64,000 nucleotides of DNA from positions 32,001 to 96,000 of the IMG/VR virus record IMGVR_UViG_3300032516_000004; one strand, written 5' to 3'. The notes below the pieces were generated by a model, which saw nothing but the letters and a program-made list of their open reading frames with translations, had not been told where the DNA came from and made no database searches. A program made the position numbers and the translations under genes. Positions 62,688 to 64,000 of the stretch are shown one piece after another. The DNA is from a virus. Positions within the stretch are counted from its first letter, which is position 1; each line of letters opens with the position of its first letter.

Positions 62688-62912
62688 ATGCAAGATGGTT
62701 CGTCACCAGACAAAGTTATGTTGAGCCCAGTTGAGCTTCTTGAACTAAAGAACATCCAATTACAAAAGAAAATATGTAATATGGAAATGGACAAGGTGAT
62801 GATACAGGAAAGAGTATTTACGGCCAAAGTAAATGAACGGGCACAAATTGACTTGAAAATGTACGCGATTGATATTGAAACCGGTGAGTGTGTACTAAGG
62901 AAAGCTGACTAA
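62688..62912 (+). CDS. Small coiled-coil protein (fibre assembly candidate)
   Basis: SD AGGAG; LELKNIQLQKKI..MEMDK heptads. Confidence 0.55.
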   Translation: MQDGSSPDKVMLSPVELLELKNIQLQKKICNMEMDKVMIQERVFTAKVNERAQIDLKMYAIDIETGECVLRKAD

Positions 62913-63526
62913 TGGATTGGATAGTTCCAGACTGTTATAAAAAATTAACGCCGAACAGGTATTTCTCAGAATACAAACCTGAGAAAATAGAGCCTATAGA
63001 GGCAATAGTCTACCATTACACGGCTTCACTAGGCACATCTGGAACATTAGGTTGGCTTACCGATTCGACCGCGAAAGTATCAGCACATTTTCTGATTTCT
63101 CGGGATGGAACCTGCTATCAACTAGCACCATTGTGTGATAGAACATGGCATGCTGGTGGTGCCACGTCTAATCTGTTCAACAGATCAAATGTGAATGGTC
63201 GCACACTTGGTATTGAAATTATGAACGTCGGTCCGTTGGTTGAGGTTGCTGGCAAGATATTTGCTACTATCGACATGGCTCGAGAATTCAAAGGCCCGAT
63301 TTACAAATATGGTGGTAGTGAATATAAATATTCACTTTGGGAAGAATATCCACAAACACAACTTGATGCTGTTTTAGACATCACGCGTCAGTTGGTAAAT
63401 GAATTTCCTATAATTAAAGAATCACCAATGACTCGTTTAATTGGACATGAAGACGTAGACCCGTCCCGCAAACTTGACCCCGGCCCAGCATATCCGTGGG
63501 ACATTGTTAGGGCGTTTGCTGCCTAA
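62912..63526 (+). CDS. N-acetylmuramoyl-L-alanine amidase (Amidase_2/AmpD-like), probable endolysin
   Basis: IVYHYTA, VSAHFLISRDG..YQL....RTWHAG, GIEI, GHED...RK.DPG. Confidence 0.92.
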   Translation: MDWIVPDCYKKLTPNRYFSEYKPEKIEPIEAIVYHYTASLGTSGTLGWLTDSTAKVSAHFLISRDGTCYQLAPLCDRTWHAGGATSNLFNRSNVNGRTLGIEIMNVGPLVEVAGKIFATIDMAREFKGPIYKYGGSEYKYSLWEEYPQTQLDAVLDITRQLVNEFPIIKESPMTRLIGHEDVDPSRKLDPGPAYPWDIVRAFAA

Positions 63527-63603
63527 TAATTACTAGAAGAAATTCGAATATTATTATTTATCTGTCAGCAGAAGATTGCGAGAACCATAATGGGCATGTT
63601 AAA

Positions 63604-64000
63604 ATGTCGTTCATAAATTTGCCGCCCGCGCATGCTCATATGGGTGCTTCTGCTGACAAAGAAGCGGTGCGGCAAACTACACATCAATACAACCCAGCGC
63701 ACTACAAATGCGCTGGTTCAATTATCTATTGGGCATTAGCCAACAAACTCCATGACGCATTTATGGTGTGGATGCTAGCACAAAAGTATGACCGCACAAA
63801 ACACCGTGGAAAAACCACGGGGCGTATAACGTCAATATATTTTATTGACTGGCTATCTAAAAATATGTCAGTAGACAAGAAAACAGCCAAGAAACGCCTC
63901 CAAAGGGCTCTAAGATATGGTTTCTTAGATTATTTGTCTACTGGATATACGATTACTAGTCATCGACGAATGGTCGAAGTAGCAATGGACGACCAATATA
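63604..64000 (+). CDS. Truncated ORF running off the window, possible winged-helix protein
   Basis: Read by hand: open from ATG 63604 to the end; FIDWLSKNMSVDKKTAKKRLQRALRYGFL resembles a wHTH. Confidence 0.55.
   Translation, partial: MSFINLPPAHAHMGASADKEAVRQTTHQYNPAHYKCAGSIIYWALANKLHDAFMVWMLAQKYDRTKHRGKTTGRITSIYFIDWLSKNMSVDKKTAKKRLQRALRYGFLDYLSTGYTITSHRRMVEVAMDDQY

Noticed and set aside
1-64000. CRISPR array, tRNA or rRNA genes
   Set aside because: No regularly spaced direct repeats or cloverleaf/T-loop signatures were seen; intergenic gaps are too short except 31936-32176, which does not fold as tRNA by eye.
1-64000. Alternative genetic code (stop-codon reassignment)
   Set aside because: Long genes are intact under the standard code, and TAA, TAG and TGA all end tightly coupled genes.

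Overview
This is the virion morphogenesis region of a large, AT-rich, contractile-tailed (myovirus-like) phage using the standard genetic code. Layout: (i) 58-24865 holds large multidomain head-region proteins, a candidate TerS, TerL and two free-standing HNH endonucleases; (ii) 24920-28402 is a portal-like gene with a LAGLIDADG intein; (iii) 28403-31935 is an inverted island of ten small accessory genes, including an MT-A70 methyltransferase and a PLD-like nuclease; (iv) 32003-34608 has a structured RNA leader, a PLMP/RRXRR-domain fusion gene and membrane proteins; (v) 34669-62912 encodes neck, a third HNH, sheath, three tube paralogs, frameshifted chaperones, a short tape measure, baseplate and fibre; (vi) an amidase and a truncated ORF end the window. 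No major capsid protein, prohead protease, tRNA or CRISPR array was recognised. Four observations stand out. (1) An IscB-like PLMP domain with an upstream omegaRNA/HEARO-like structured RNA is grafted in frame onto a virion-region gene, with the nuclease domains absent. (2) A recurrent K/R-x-A motif marks domain boundaries in the head-region proteins, suggesting protease-processed enzyme cargo (ferritin, DUF192, HAD, InPase, 2H, ParB, GGCT). (3) An HNH splits one polyvalent gene and is flanked by a 19-codon duplication conserved as peptide but almost fully recoded as DNA. (4) The portal intein has atypical catalytic residues. All family calls come from motif recognition by eye; no searches were run.
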